Source: an uncultured Verrucomicrobiae bacterium
GTDB lineage: Bacteria > Chlamydiota > Chlamydiia > Chlamydiales > Rhabdochlamydiaceae
NCBI GenBank assembly: GCA_963806855.1
Contig: CAWDYW010000003.1
Span: forward strand, 384,001 to 448,000
DNA: 64,000 nt
Direction: 5' to 3'
Each line of letters opens with the position of its first letter. Position 1 is the first letter of the stretch. A program made the translations under genes and the position numbers. Under the pieces are notes generated by a model, which was given only the letters and a program-made list of their open reading frames with translations, was not told where the DNA came from and did not search any database. Below are positions 1-10,320 of the stretch, piece by piece.

Positions 1-143
1 TGACCACAATGCATGCAGAGCTTGTGTTGAAGGCGCGAGCCTCCACAATTGGAACATTTGCCGACATTTGCCTGCGTTTTCGCATGGTGCGCGCGTCGTG
101 AATTCTTTCGGGCGTTCGAGGAACGGTTACGTGGTACTGCCAT
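1..143 (-). CDS. rpmF: 50S ribosomal protein L32 (3' end beyond window edge)
   Basis: Manual translation from ATG at 143: MAVPRNRSSNARKNSRRAHHAKTQANVGKCSNCGGSRLQHKLCMHCG; AGGAG SD upstream; follows yceD as usual. Confidence 0.95.
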   Translation of the reverse strand, partial: MAVPRNRSSNARKNSRRAHHAKTQANVGKCSNCGGSRLQHKLCMHCG

Positions 144-218
144 TTAAAAAGACTCCTTTTCTCGACTTTGTACAAAGACGAGCTTTTTCGTTAAATGATA
201 GAGGATAAGGCGATTTTT

Positions 219-677
219 TTACAGAGATAATTCTGAGAATGGGGAGTGGGTATCATCAGAAGAAGGTTTTTTTAAATATTTGTTTATATCTTTTCGCTGC
301 GGGCAATGGCCATGGTGACATTCGATGAATTGGGGGAGCTTGAGCAGGATTGAATCGCGCACGTCGCCGGCAAAGTCGTAGATTGAAGAGCGGATTTCCG
401 AAAGCTCAACGGTTTGGGTAAAGTCTTCAACATCGATGGGAAATTCCACTTTTTCATTGCAAATCGAGCAGGGGAGGATGGCGGTTGCTTTAATTTTCAG
501 ATCTAAAATCAGATGGTGGTTAGCCAGATAGGCCTGACCAGTAACGGTCACCTTATCGATAAAGAGCTGCTCTTTTTCAGTCTCTTGAAGAAAATCGGGA
601 TCCAGGATCTCATGAACTGCTTCCGTATCGTCATTCTTGAGACGATCGATGTAGATTTTGAATGGGCTGTTTTTCAT
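219..677 (-). CDS. yceD: YceD/DUF177 family protein
   Basis: CxxC motif, typical C-terminal P...C motif, directly upstream of rpmF. Confidence 0.8.
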   Translation of the reverse strand: MKNSPFKIYIDRLKNDDTEAVHEILDPDFLQETEKEQLFIDKVTVTGQAYLANHHLILDLKIKATAILPCSICNEKVEFPIDVEDFTQTVELSEIRSSIYDFAGDVRDSILLKLPQFIECHHGHCPQRKDINKYLKKPSSDDTHSPFSELSL

Positions 678-1785
678 CTAATAAACTATTTAATATCCTA
701 GCTATTTCCACTTCTGGGACTTTGCTTTCTAGGATTTTACCAATTTCTGCACATTTTCCTCTACATTCTTCTAACGCCTCTTTTGAAGAGAGCAACCTAT
801 TGGCATGTTGGTATAGGTTTTCATCGGTTAAATTGTGAGCAATCAGCTCGGGATAGACCTCTTTACCACCCACAATATTGACGATGCAATAGAAGGGGAG
901 GTTGATCCGTAAAATATGTTTGGCAATGAAGAGATCTATCGGTCCCACCTTGTAGATGACAATGCTTGGGACCAGATGGAGGGCGAGCTCTAAATTGTTG
1001 GTGCCCGACTTTGCAATCGCCAAAGTGGCGCTCTTCATCAATGCACCATTCTGGGAACTGTCCTGTAGCTGGATGGAAAGGCCCTCTGCACGCATGAGTT
1101 TCTCCAGAAGGGGGGCAAAGGAGGGCTGCGAAACCGATGCAATGAAGTGCAGATCAGGATATTTTTGCAGCAGCCGTTTTGCCAGCTGGATCTGACTGGG
1201 AAAATTGCGGAGAATTTCTTTCTGCCGGCTGCCGGGGAAAAGGGCAATGACTCTCTTTCCTGAAGAGATCTGGGCGCCATCTGTGTGAAGATTATGCACC
1301 AGAGGATTCCCCACATAATCTACCTTCAGCTTCTTAAATAGGGGAGGCTCGAAGGGGAAAATGGCAAAAAGATGATCAAGGACTTTTTCCATCTTGGCGA
1401 TCCGCTTCTTTCCCCAGGCCCAAACTGATGGGCAAATATAGTGACAAATTTTTCCTTTGAAAGAGCGCTTACGCAAACTTTTTGCCATTGCCAGGCTAAA
1501 ACCGGGATAGTCGATAAATAGCGCAATGTCAGGCTGCTGATCGAAGAGGGTTTTTCTAAGAAAAAAGAAGTAGCGCATGAGTCTGGGGAGGGCGAAGAAG
1601 ACATCGATAAACCCCATCACCTGAAAGTTTTCCATTGGGAGGATGCACTCGAGCCCTTCGGCCCGCATCTTGGGTCCGCCGACTCCAAAAAGATGGGCCT
1701 CGGGGAACCGCTGTTTTAGCTCGCGCACAAGTTTATAACCATGCAGATCGCCGCTGGTCTCGCCTGCAAAGAGGAAAATCTTCAT
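631..1785 (-). CDS. lpxB: Lipid-A-disaccharide synthase
   Basis: AGETSGDLHG, IDYPGF, PSVWAW, FPGSR, KSGT motifs; start taken at MKIFLFAG. Confidence 0.95.
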   Translation of the reverse strand: MKIFLFAGETSGDLHGYKLVRELKQRFPEAHLFGVGGPKMRAEGLECILPMENFQVMGFIDVFFALPRLMRYFFFLRKTLFDQQPDIALFIDYPGFSLAMAKSLRKRSFKGKICHYICPSVWAWGKKRIAKMEKVLDHLFAIFPFEPPLFKKLKVDYVGNPLVHNLHTDGAQISSGKRVIALFPGSRQKEILRNFPSQIQLAKRLLQKYPDLHFIASVSQPSFAPLLEKLMRAEGLSIQLQDSSQNGALMKSATLAIAKSGTNNLELALHLVPSIVIYKVGPIDLFIAKHILRINLPFYCIVNIVGGKEVYPELIAHNLTDENLYQHANRLLSSKEALEECRGKCAEIGKILESKVPEVEIARILNSLLDEKQPIQNLHRSSQE

Positions 1786-2543
1786 CAGGCTACTCCTATT
1801 TGCTTCCCAAGCCAAAGGGCCCCGTCGTGGAAAACTTCCTTTGACGTGCCATGGCCCAAATGACCGATCGAGGGGGAAATGATCATCTCAATCGGAGGAG
1901 AGCGGAGTCCATTTTGGAAAGCCTGTTCCGTCAGGAGCTGGACCAGGTGAAAACACCTATCTGTGCCGACCCGGAGATCCCGATTGCCAATATAGAAACG
2001 GATTTTTTGCTCGCACAATGAGGCGATATGATTCTCAAGATTGAAGGCTTGAACGCTCGGATCGTCAGAGAGATCTTTGAATTCCTTGGCCGCCGACAGA
2101 GCTGTCATCGGAGCAAAACTGACAATGCCGCGCACTTCAGGGAATTTTTCAGCGACCAAACCGGCGATCAGGCCTCCGCGCGAAAGGCCCATCAGCCCGA
2201 TCTTTTCGGCATAGATAAGACCCCGATCAATCAAAGCGTTTAGAGCAAAAACTGCCTGATCAATGAATGGGGTGAGAGGATCATTCCCTTCAGTAAATTC
2301 TCGTGCCCATGCCCCAATTGCCTCGAGGGCATTGAGGTTGGGGCCGTGATAGGGAAGATTCATGGAAAACACGCGCACACCAAGCTGGGAGAGAAAAACA
2401 GCAGGTTGATTAAAAGGATCCAGCCCCAAGCTATCTTCACCTGAAATGGAAAAATAGAAAGCTGCTCCCTTTCGCCCTTCGGACAGGGGCGGGCCGATGT
2501 GGGTCACTTCAATATTGTGGTTGAGTTGAATGACCTCGATCAT
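1785..2543 (-). CDS. Alpha/beta hydrolase
   Basis: GLSRGG nucleophile elbow, Asp (RDLRV) and C-terminal GH. Confidence 0.75.
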   Translation of the reverse strand: MIEVIQLNHNIEVTHIGPPLSEGRKGAAFYFSISGEDSLGLDPFNQPAVFLSQLGVRVFSMNLPYHGPNLNALEAIGAWAREFTEGNDPLTPFIDQAVFALNALIDRGLIYAEKIGLMGLSRGGLIAGLVAEKFPEVRGIVSFAPMTALSAAKEFKDLSDDPSVQAFNLENHIASLCEQKIRFYIGNRDLRVGTDRCFHLVQLLTEQAFQNGLRSPPIEMIISPSIGHLGHGTSKEVFHDGALWLGKQIGVA

Positions 2544-3784
2544 GGCCTTCGGCTCCGCCTTCTTCGGCGGGGGCGCCGCTCAGGGACAGGTTCTTCCCTA
2601 GGCACGCTTTGGTAGGATTCGTTCCATTCATCATAGATCTGTTTTAGTCCAGGTTCCAAACAGGATCGGAGATTTAAAAACTTGAGGGCTAAGGGGAAAT
2701 CGCTGTCTCTTGGGATCCGTTTTCGCCCCACTTTCTTTTTATGAAGCGGAGTGAAACGGTACTGCCCCATCAAAATATTATTTACGCTAATTCTCAGCCG
2801 CCTTGGGACCATGAAAAACCCTTCATACATTTCGGTAATGACATCCCGAATGAGTTCTTGAACTTGCCCTAAATGGGGAATGTGATTGCGATCTAGGTAT
2901 TGAATTTTTAATCTCTTTTCCAAAAGAGGATAGGTAAGCGAGCTGAGCAGGACAGATCGGTCCAAGTTTTCGACTGTCGGGTCGAGGAAAACCGAATCGA
3001 TCTCCTGTAAAAAAGAATAGATTAGATCGCTCTCTTGCTCTTTTTCAATAAAGTTGGCGATTCCGGGGAGAAGATGGGACATCAATCCATGGTGAGTCAG
3101 CAGTTGAATAAAAGATTTCGCCGCTCCCGATTCGAGCATCCGGAGCATCTCCTCCACAATCCGAGCAGGGGAGCTCTTGATGATCTCCTCTCGACATTCG
3201 ACTAAGGCGATATGGGCATCGGGATCGACCTCCAAACCGAAGCGAGCTTGGAACTTGAGCAGACGGAGCATTCTCACTGGATCTTGCTTAAAACGGACAA
3301 AAGGCTGCCCGATGGTCCTCAAGCACTTGCGCTTGATATCGGCATATCCGTCCACATAGTCGATGATCGTCTGATTCGAAGGATCATAGAACAGGCCATT
3401 GATCGTGAAATCGCGCCGCAGAGCATCTTCCTCAGGATAGCCCCAAACGTTATCCCTCAAGATTAGCTCCTCTTTCTCAGGATCACCTGCTCTGAAAGTA
3501 GAAACTTCGAGAATTTTTTTCCCAAAGCGGACATGAGCGAGCCGGAACCTGCGTCCGATCAAGATGCAATTATTAAATAGTTTTTTTATTTCTTCAGGCT
3601 TAGCCGAGGTTGAGATATCAAAATCTTTGGGAGTATGGTTGAGGAGCAGATCGCGGACACTTCCTCCCACGAGATAGGCAACATACCCGGCCTGTTTTAG
3701 CTTCTCCATCACATAGAGAGCGTGGACATCGACTTTTTGAATGGGCAGTTGGTGCGTTTCAAAGGGTATGACTTTTTGATCCAA
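2540..3784 (-). CDS. pcnB: Poly(A) polymerase
   Basis: VGGSVRDLLL, PKDFD, IGRRFRLAHVRF (PAP signature), RRDFTIN, DPVRMLR; Arg-rich tail. Confidence 0.93.
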   Translation of the reverse strand: MDQKVIPFETHQLPIQKVDVHALYVMEKLKQAGYVAYLVGGSVRDLLLNHTPKDFDISTSAKPEEIKKLFNNCILIGRRFRLAHVRFGKKILEVSTFRAGDPEKEELILRDNVWGYPEEDALRRDFTINGLFYDPSNQTIIDYVDGYADIKRKCLRTIGQPFVRFKQDPVRMLRLLKFQARFGLEVDPDAHIALVECREEIIKSSPARIVEEMLRMLESGAAKSFIQLLTHHGLMSHLLPGIANFIEKEQESDLIYSFLQEIDSVFLDPTVENLDRSVLLSSLTYPLLEKRLKIQYLDRNHIPHLGQVQELIRDVITEMYEGFFMVPRRLRISVNNILMGQYRFTPLHKKKVGRKRIPRDSDFPLALKFLNLRSCLEPGLKQIYDEWNESYQSVPREEPVPERRPRRRRRSRRP

Positions 3785-4005
3785 GGGAACCTTTTTTTCA
3801 CTTAAAAATAGCGTGCCGAGGCCAAAAAGTCAATAGGGGCGTGTCGTCAATTCCAAGTCTGCTGAATTCGAGTTCTTTTCCCCTAGGAGGTGATATACCC
3901 CGACTCGCCCCAGACTCGACGTTCTGAGTCATTCACACCGAGAGTGGCTCTTTGTATAAAGGTGAGAATTGAATTAAATTCGACCAGTTTGCTAGAATCA
4001 ACGGA

Positions 4006-5460
4006 ATGACTAAAGGACTATTTGCTAAGAAGAGTATCCATGACATGCGCGAAGAAGCCGCCGTGAAAAAGGGAGGCTTGGAGCGCTCATTAACAGGATT
4101 GAACTTAACCACAATGGGGATCGGTGCAATTGTAGGAGCCGGTGTCTTCGTCCTACTTGGACAGGCTGCCGTCCAAAATGCTGGCCCCTCGGTGGTGTTC
4201 TCTTTTATTTTTGCCGCCATCATCTGCGTATTTGCGGCGCTATGCTATGCTGAATTCGCATCCTTGATCCCCATCGCAGGCGGACCCTATTCATATGCTT
4301 ATGCAACCCTTGGGGAATTTGCCGCTTGGACAATCGGCTGGTCCCTTACATTAGAATACCTGTTTTCAGCAGCGACCGTTTCGGTAGGATGGTCAGGCTA
4401 CCTATCTAGTTTTTTAAACGACTTTGGAATTTATTTGCCGGCCAAGATCGCCAGCGCCCCGCTTCTATATGATATCAACCATGGGTGGATCAAGTCGGGC
4501 TCCTATTTTAACTTACCTGCAGCGCTGATCATTGGCTTTATCGGCGGCATGATTGCCTTAGGGATCAAAGCGGCCAATCGGTATAACAATATCATTGTCG
4601 CGATCAAGCTCACTGTGATTGTCCTATTTATTGGCATTGGCTTGGCCTATATCAACTCAGATAATTGGGTGCCGTTTATCCCAAAAAATACGGGGACATT
4701 CGGTGAATTCGGTTTTAGCGGGATTTTGCGTGGCGCCGGGGTTGTTTTCTTCGCCTACATCGGTTTTGATGCCCTCTCGACCCTTGCCCAAGAGGCACGC
4801 GATCCCCAAAAAGACATGCCTCTAGGAATGGTTGGCTCGCTAGGGATTTCGGCAACAATTTACATTATCATGGCTTTGGTGCTGACCGGAATTGTCAGCT
4901 ATAAAGCTTTAGGTGGTCCTGCTCCGTTCAGCGTTGCTCTCGATAGTCTCGGTCCTAAATTCGTTTGGTTCCGCTACTTTGCTAAATTCGGGATTTTGGC
5001 CGGACTCACCTCAGTCATCATGGTAATGTTGCTCGGGCAGACAAGGGTCTTCTACACCATGGCCCATGACGGACTGCTTCCAAAAGCCTTCGGGAGAGTA
5101 CATAAAAAATTCCATACTCCTTTTTTCAACACCCTCTTCCTGACTGGACTAGGAATGCTGATTTGCGGGTTCTTCCCAGTGGGGATATTAGGACAACTGG
5201 TATCGATGGGAACCTTGATGGCATTTGCGATCGTCTGCTTCGGTGTGCTGATCTTGCGCTACAAGCAACCCACTTTGCATCGCCCCTTTAAAGTCCCTTT
5301 CTTCCCATGGATTCCGCTCATCGGAATGCTTGCCTGTATCACCCAGATGATTGCTCTACCTGCGGTCACCTGGATGCAGCTTGTTATTTGGATCTTCCTC
5401 GGTTATGTTGTTTATTTCACCTATGGAATCAAAAACAGCCACATTCGTAAGAAAGGTTAA
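4006..5460 (+). CDS. APC-family amino acid permease (paralog 1)
   Basis: GIGAIVGAGVF, CYAEFAS, FFAYIGFD, RPFKVP; multiple TM segments. Confidence 0.92.
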   Translation: MTKGLFAKKSIHDMREEAAVKKGGLERSLTGLNLTTMGIGAIVGAGVFVLLGQAAVQNAGPSVVFSFIFAAIICVFAALCYAEFASLIPIAGGPYSYAYATLGEFAAWTIGWSLTLEYLFSAATVSVGWSGYLSSFLNDFGIYLPAKIASAPLLYDINHGWIKSGSYFNLPAALIIGFIGGMIALGIKAANRYNNIIVAIKLTVIVLFIGIGLAYINSDNWVPFIPKNTGTFGEFGFSGILRGAGVVFFAYIGFDALSTLAQEARDPQKDMPLGMVGSLGISATIYIIMALVLTGIVSYKALGGPAPFSVALDSLGPKFVWFRYFAKFGILAGLTSVIMVMLLGQTRVFYTMAHDGLLPKAFGRVHKKFHTPFFNTLFLTGLGMLICGFFPVGILGQLVSMGTLMAFAIVCFGVLILRYKQPTLHRPFKVPFFPWIPLIGMLACITQMIALPAVTWMQLVIWIFLGYVVYFTYGIKNSHIRKKG

Positions 5461-5466
5461 GGTAAC

Positions 5467-6921
5467 GTGAAAAGGCTATTCTTAAAAAAGAGCATTCATG
5501 ATCTGCGTGAAGAGGCATCCGAAAAGAAGGGATTGCAGCGCTCCTTATCCGCATTCAACTTAACCACGCTTGGGATTGGGGTCCTCGTCGGTGCCGGTGT
5601 CTTTGTCATCGGTGGACAGGCCGCTGCGCAGTTCTCCGGGCCCGCTGTGATCATCTCGTTTATTCTTGCCGCGATCGTCAGCGCTTTTGCCGCCCTCTGC
5701 TATGCTGAATTTGCTTCTATGATTCCCATTGCTGGCGGTCCCTACTCTTATGCTTACGCGACCCTGGGTGAATTTGCCGCTTGGATTATCGGTTGGTGCC
5801 TCTCGTTAGAATACCTCTTTGCTGCCGCCACCGTTTCGGTAGGTTGGTCTGGCTATTTGTCTAGTTTATTGAACGATTTTGGACTTTCCCTTCCAGCGAC
5901 GATTAACGGTCCGGTGTTGGCCTATGATGCCGCGACAGGATGGTCGCAAACAGGCTCGCTCTTCAATGTTCCTGCAGCTCTCATCATGGCTGCAATGGGA
6001 TTGCTCGTTGCCGTTGGAATCAAGGCAGCCAATCGTTTTAACAATATCATGGTGGCGACAAAGCTCACTGTGATCGTTCTTTTCATCGTCTGCGGATTCG
6101 CCTTCATCAACACCGAAAATTGGGTCCCCTTCATCCCAGAAAATACAGGCACTTTCGGTAGTTTCGGTTGGAGCGGAATCTTACGCGGAGCTGGTGTGGT
6201 ATTTTTCGGCTACCTTGGCTTTGATGCCCTCTCGACCTTGGCTCAAGAATCGCGCAATCCTCAGCGGGACTTGCCCATAGGGATGATCGGCTCGCTCGGT
6301 ATCGCCGCGATCATTTACATTTTGATGACCCTTGTTCTAACGGGTGCTGTCGGTTACAAACTTCTTGGCGGGCCAGCTCCCTTTAGTGATGCGATCGATG
6401 CCTTCGGCTCCAACTTTATTTGGCTCCGCTATGTGGCGAAATTTGGTATTTTAGTCGGACTCACCTCAGTGGTCATGGTAACCCTCATGGCCCAAACCCG
6501 CATTTTCTATACGGTTTCTCAAGATGGGCTGCTCCCAAAAGTATTTGGAAAAGTGCACAAGAAATTCCATACCCCTTTCTTCACCACCATCTTCCTCACC
6601 GTTGTTGGGATCATCGTCTGCGGGATATTCCCAGCGTCAACATTAGGTCTTCTTGTGGTGATTGGCACATTGCTCGCTTTTGCGATTGTCTGCTTCGGCG
6701 TGCTCGTTTTGCGCTACAAACAGCCGAGCCTGCACCGCCCTTTCAAAGTCCCATTCTTCCCTTGGATTCCTCTGATCGGGATGTTGGTATGCATTTTACA
6801 GATGATCGTGCTCCCTGCTGCCATTTGGCTGCAGCTTATGATCTGGATCGCTCTGGGCCTGCTGATTTATTTCGGCTACGGGATTCGCCATAGCGTAATC
6901 CGCAAAAAGCATAACCTATAG
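5467..6921 (+). CDS. APC-family amino acid permease (paralog 2)
   Basis: Same length (484 aa) and motifs as upstream gene; tandem duplicate. Confidence 0.92.
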   Translation: MKRLFLKKSIHDLREEASEKKGLQRSLSAFNLTTLGIGVLVGAGVFVIGGQAAAQFSGPAVIISFILAAIVSAFAALCYAEFASMIPIAGGPYSYAYATLGEFAAWIIGWCLSLEYLFAAATVSVGWSGYLSSLLNDFGLSLPATINGPVLAYDAATGWSQTGSLFNVPAALIMAAMGLLVAVGIKAANRFNNIMVATKLTVIVLFIVCGFAFINTENWVPFIPENTGTFGSFGWSGILRGAGVVFFGYLGFDALSTLAQESRNPQRDLPIGMIGSLGIAAIIYILMTLVLTGAVGYKLLGGPAPFSDAIDAFGSNFIWLRYVAKFGILVGLTSVVMVTLMAQTRIFYTVSQDGLLPKVFGKVHKKFHTPFFTTIFLTVVGIIVCGIFPASTLGLLVVIGTLLAFAIVCFGVLVLRYKQPSLHRPFKVPFFPWIPLIGMLVCILQMIVLPAAIWLQLMIWIALGLLIYFGYGIRHSVIRKKHNL

Positions 6922-8358
6922 AGATAAAACTTTTTCAGTGATGTCGTGAAAGGTTCCCTCCGCGTTCATTTTCGTTCGTAATGCGCGATAAGCGTCACGG
7001 GAATAGATCGCCCAAAACTGCTCTTCAGTATAGTAAGTGCGACTATAAAGGACCTTTTTTCCACCACAGCGTCTCGTTTTTTCCTCTAATAGCTTGGTCA
7101 CATCTTCAGTAGTTGCAGTGTAATAGGAAGGGAGGCCATAGATTCCCACATTGATCACATGACTTGAGGAGGTGAGGTGGGGAGCGAAAATTTGGGGCTT
7201 CTGAGTGCTTTTGATCGGGCAGAGCCACATGGGGAAGGTCTCTGGATCTTTCATGACCTCTTCAAGAAATTGGGCCGCCTGCTCCTCTGGAATGCAAAAA
7301 TCTTGTAAAATGGAGTGCGTCTGAGCCCATTTGTCGGCCAAATGAAAGAGTTTCCACAGATTTTTAGTGCTTAAGATAGGGTGTAACAAGGTGCGCCAGA
7401 ACAGATTGGGGCGCAGTGGAGTGCGTAATTTGGCAATTTGCTCTGGGGTCAAGTTCCCATCGCTCGAGTCTTTGAATTTGCAAATCCCTTGTAAGAGGTA
7501 TCCGAGGACCAGTTGCGGTTGCAGCAGAAATCCTCCGACCCAAAATGCGCCTTGATCATACCGAAACAGATAATCGGTTAAGGTCATGACCTCTTCTGAA
7601 GTTTTCATTTTTTCCACATGTTGATAGTACCACTGGGCGCTCTTGGGCTTTAGGCCAAAGTAGGGTAATTGATCTGCAGTGTCAGCCAGGCGCCCCTCAA
7701 TGATGACGATCCTATCTTTAGAAAATACAATTCCATCGAGGAAATCGGCCGACGGTTCCTGCAATTTTTGAATCGCCTCCTCGGCAGAAGAGTAAGTATG
7801 ATACTTCAGACGGACCAATTCTTTTGCAGGGATGAGTTGGATCGTTGCCGATAATAGGGCCCCGAGCGATCCGTAGGAGCAGGGAACTCCATAGAAGGCT
7901 TCAGGATGTGACGTAGGAGATGCAGTGATGACTGTTCCATCTCCGCACAAGATCTCTAAGGATAGGCAATTGTCATTGAAGCTTCCCCACCGATGCGATC
8001 CACTTTCGCCAGCGCCGCCCATGATCGCGCCACCGACGGTGATCTCTTTGAATTCTGGGACGACAGGGGGGATGAGTCCATCGGCGAGTGTAGCCCTAAC
8101 AAGTCGCTCCATGGTGACACGCGGTTCAACAATTGCGATCCGTTTTTCTCGATCGATTTGGATGATTGCATTGAGCTCGCTCATATCGAGCCGTGGGCAC
8201 CCACTCTTATAGGATCTCGAACGGGTCGTATTGGTGTGATTGGAAGAATAGTTTAGGGAGATCGGAGAGCCCTTTTTTTGCTCCAGCAAAGTCCGTAGCT
8301 GTTGTTGTATTTTGGTAACCTTAAGGGTGTGATCCTGATGAACATTTTGCATATACAT
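6916..8358 (-). CDS. FAD-binding oxidoreductase, DHCR24/DWF1 (delta24-sterol reductase)-like
   Basis: VEPRVTMERLV..PPVVPEFKEITVGG..GESGSH, YGSLG, YLFRYDQGAFW, QDFCIP, PMWLCP motifs. Confidence 0.75.
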   Translation of the reverse strand: MYMQNVHQDHTLKVTKIQQQLRTLLEQKKGSPISLNYSSNHTNTTRSRSYKSGCPRLDMSELNAIIQIDREKRIAIVEPRVTMERLVRATLADGLIPPVVPEFKEITVGGAIMGGAGESGSHRWGSFNDNCLSLEILCGDGTVITASPTSHPEAFYGVPCSYGSLGALLSATIQLIPAKELVRLKYHTYSSAEEAIQKLQEPSADFLDGIVFSKDRIVIIEGRLADTADQLPYFGLKPKSAQWYYQHVEKMKTSEEVMTLTDYLFRYDQGAFWVGGFLLQPQLVLGYLLQGICKFKDSSDGNLTPEQIAKLRTPLRPNLFWRTLLHPILSTKNLWKLFHLADKWAQTHSILQDFCIPEEQAAQFLEEVMKDPETFPMWLCPIKSTQKPQIFAPHLTSSSHVINVGIYGLPSYYTATTEDVTKLLEEKTRRCGGKKVLYSRTYYTEEQFWAIYSRDAYRALRTKMNAEGTFHDITEKVLSL

Positions 8359-8393
8359 CAGGATAACTTTACTCCAATAAAATGGAATTATTT

Positions 8394-9455
8394 TTACGTT
8401 ACTTCAACTGCAATGACGGTGACATTGTCTTTTGCTGAGCGAGTGTAAACAGCATGGTTGACAAGCTCGCGGGCAAGGGTTTTTGGCTCTTGACAGAAGA
8501 TGGTTGTCGAAATCCAGTTGAAGATCCATCTGACGATATTGCGGATGGTCCAAGCGTTGAACACGATATTTGCAATTTCTTGTTCTGGAACGTAGTCTTT
8601 TAACCCATCGCAGGCCAGGACGAGGACATCTCCTTTCTGGAGCTTATTGATGGTGATTTTGGGTTTGTGGATCACGAGCGGTTTTTCTTTTGTGCCAGTT
8701 TCGCTGACATCGCCGATCGCACGGCTGACATTGACGCCAAGATTTAAATGTGAGCGGATATTTTTAGGGTTGCCGCCAAACAGAGTGATCCACTTTTCGG
8801 CAATGCTACCATAGGCGTTGATCAGTCGCTCTGCCTCTTTTTTGCAAGTCCAATCACGAACGGTAGAGAGGGGGATTGATTGTCCTGATCGATAGAGATT
8901 GGCTTCGCTGTCGCCCAAGGTGGCGGTGATGATTTGGTGTGTCTCTTTATCGATGAAGGAGACAACTGCGGTGCTGCCGATCTTATTCCATTCTGGCTTT
9001 TTGGCCACTTCTTGGTGGATTTCATGGATCAGGACTTCAAAGGCTCGGAAGGTATCTCCCTTATGGGCTTTTAGGACAGATGGGAACCGTTTTTGAAATT
9101 CTTCGCTGGCATAGTTGGATATCGCTTTTCCGCCATGACCATCGAAAATGCCGATGAGGGTCCCTTGCTCGATTTCCATGAAAAAATGGGCATCTTCCAT
9201 ATCAGCCCGAGGCCCAATATCATCGGCGAATGTATGGGTCAGCTTGAGGGAAGTGCTCTCTTTTTGGAGAAGGGTTTCTTTGGTGGGGAGCGCTTGGGAG
9301 GCAGAAGCATAGACAGAACTTACTTTTTGATGCTCTTTCATCGCCTTTTCCCCATTGCGGAGCATATTATCGAGCGCCTGCTCCCGAGTTAGGGGGGCTG
9401 CTCGATAGGAGTGATCAGGGATGGATCTAAATAAATTAAATAAAATTTCAGACAT
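8394..9455 (-). CDS. PP2C-family Ser/Thr protein phosphatase with N-terminal extension
   Basis: RADMEDAH, FDGHGG, GSTA, LGDS, SRAIGD, ACDGL, DNVT. Confidence 0.92.
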   Translation of the reverse strand: MSEILFNLFRSIPDHSYRAAPLTREQALDNMLRNGEKAMKEHQKVSSVYASASQALPTKETLLQKESTSLKLTHTFADDIGPRADMEDAHFFMEIEQGTLIGIFDGHGGKAISNYASEEFQKRFPSVLKAHKGDTFRAFEVLIHEIHQEVAKKPEWNKIGSTAVVSFIDKETHQIITATLGDSEANLYRSGQSIPLSTVRDWTCKKEAERLINAYGSIAEKWITLFGGNPKNIRSHLNLGVNVSRAIGDVSETGTKEKPLVIHKPKITINKLQKGDVLVLACDGLKDYVPEQEIANIVFNAWTIRNIVRWIFNWISTTIFCQEPKTLARELVNHAVYTRSAKDNVTVIAVEVT

Positions 9456-9523
9456 TATTCCTCTCCTTCTTTATTAAGGAACAACGATTATAGTCTTTAT
9501 GAGGTTTAAAAGAAATATAGTTC

Positions 9524-10287
9524 TTATTTTAGATAGGTCTCGAGCCGTTGGCTCCACCCTTTGAGCCACTGATCTTCTTTGCGGTGGATCGGGGCGTTTT
9601 TGATGCGGCGCGCGAGTACTTTTTTGCCAGCGTTCACAAATTCTTGGGCGAGCTGGTCATCGCTGATTTCGTCGGGCATGGTTTGGAGCACTTGGAGCAG
9701 GCCCCACCCTTCGCCGCGGTACCGCTCGGTCTCGGCAAGGCCGGTCCCTTTGAAATGGGAGTAGTCGATGAGGGCGTAGGCTCCTTTCTCGGAGGCTTTT
9801 AATTTTTCGATATAGGATTTCTGCTTGTCGGTGAGGTGGGGCGCCAGCTCGGCTTCGGCTACTTTAAAGCGGTCGAGGAGAAAGAGGATTTGCAGGTCGA
9901 GGGTGTCGGAGAGCAAATCGCGCAGCTGCTGCATCTTTTTACTTCGCTTGTCGCTGAGGAAATCTTCGCGGTTTTTCCATGGGAAGCCTTTTTTGGACTT
10001 GATCCAGGAGGGGATCTCTTTGTCTGTGTCTTTGAGTTTTTAGAGAGGAATTCGATGAGAGCTGGGAAGGTCTCGGTGAATTTCTTCGGGGTGTTTTCGG
10101 GATACCAGATGAAATGGCCAATGCCGAGGGAGGGGAACTCTTCGTTTTCATTCCAAGAGATCAGGCCATCGACGGTGCCGCGGCATTCGTTTTGCCACAC
10201 TTTGAGCCCAATTTGATGGAGCGACTCTTGGGAAAGGTCGGCAAAAGCGCTTATTGAAAAAAGGAGTAATAAAATGATCCGAAACAT
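9524..10287 (-). CDS. Secreted hypothetical protein (split by frameshift)
   Basis: Signal peptide MFRIILLLLFSISAFA; WQNEC..SLGIGHFIWYP in ORF 9859-10305 appears to continue as YALIDY.HFKG.G..ERY.GEGWGLLQVL in ORF 9524-9934. Confidence 0.7.
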
Positions 10288-10320
10288 TGTGTTGGAGTAT
10301 GGCAATTAGACCGATAAAAA

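Noticed and set aside
3785..4005. Riboswitch or sRNA upstream of the permeases
   Set aside because: Only short, weak inverted repeats; no recognisable motif.
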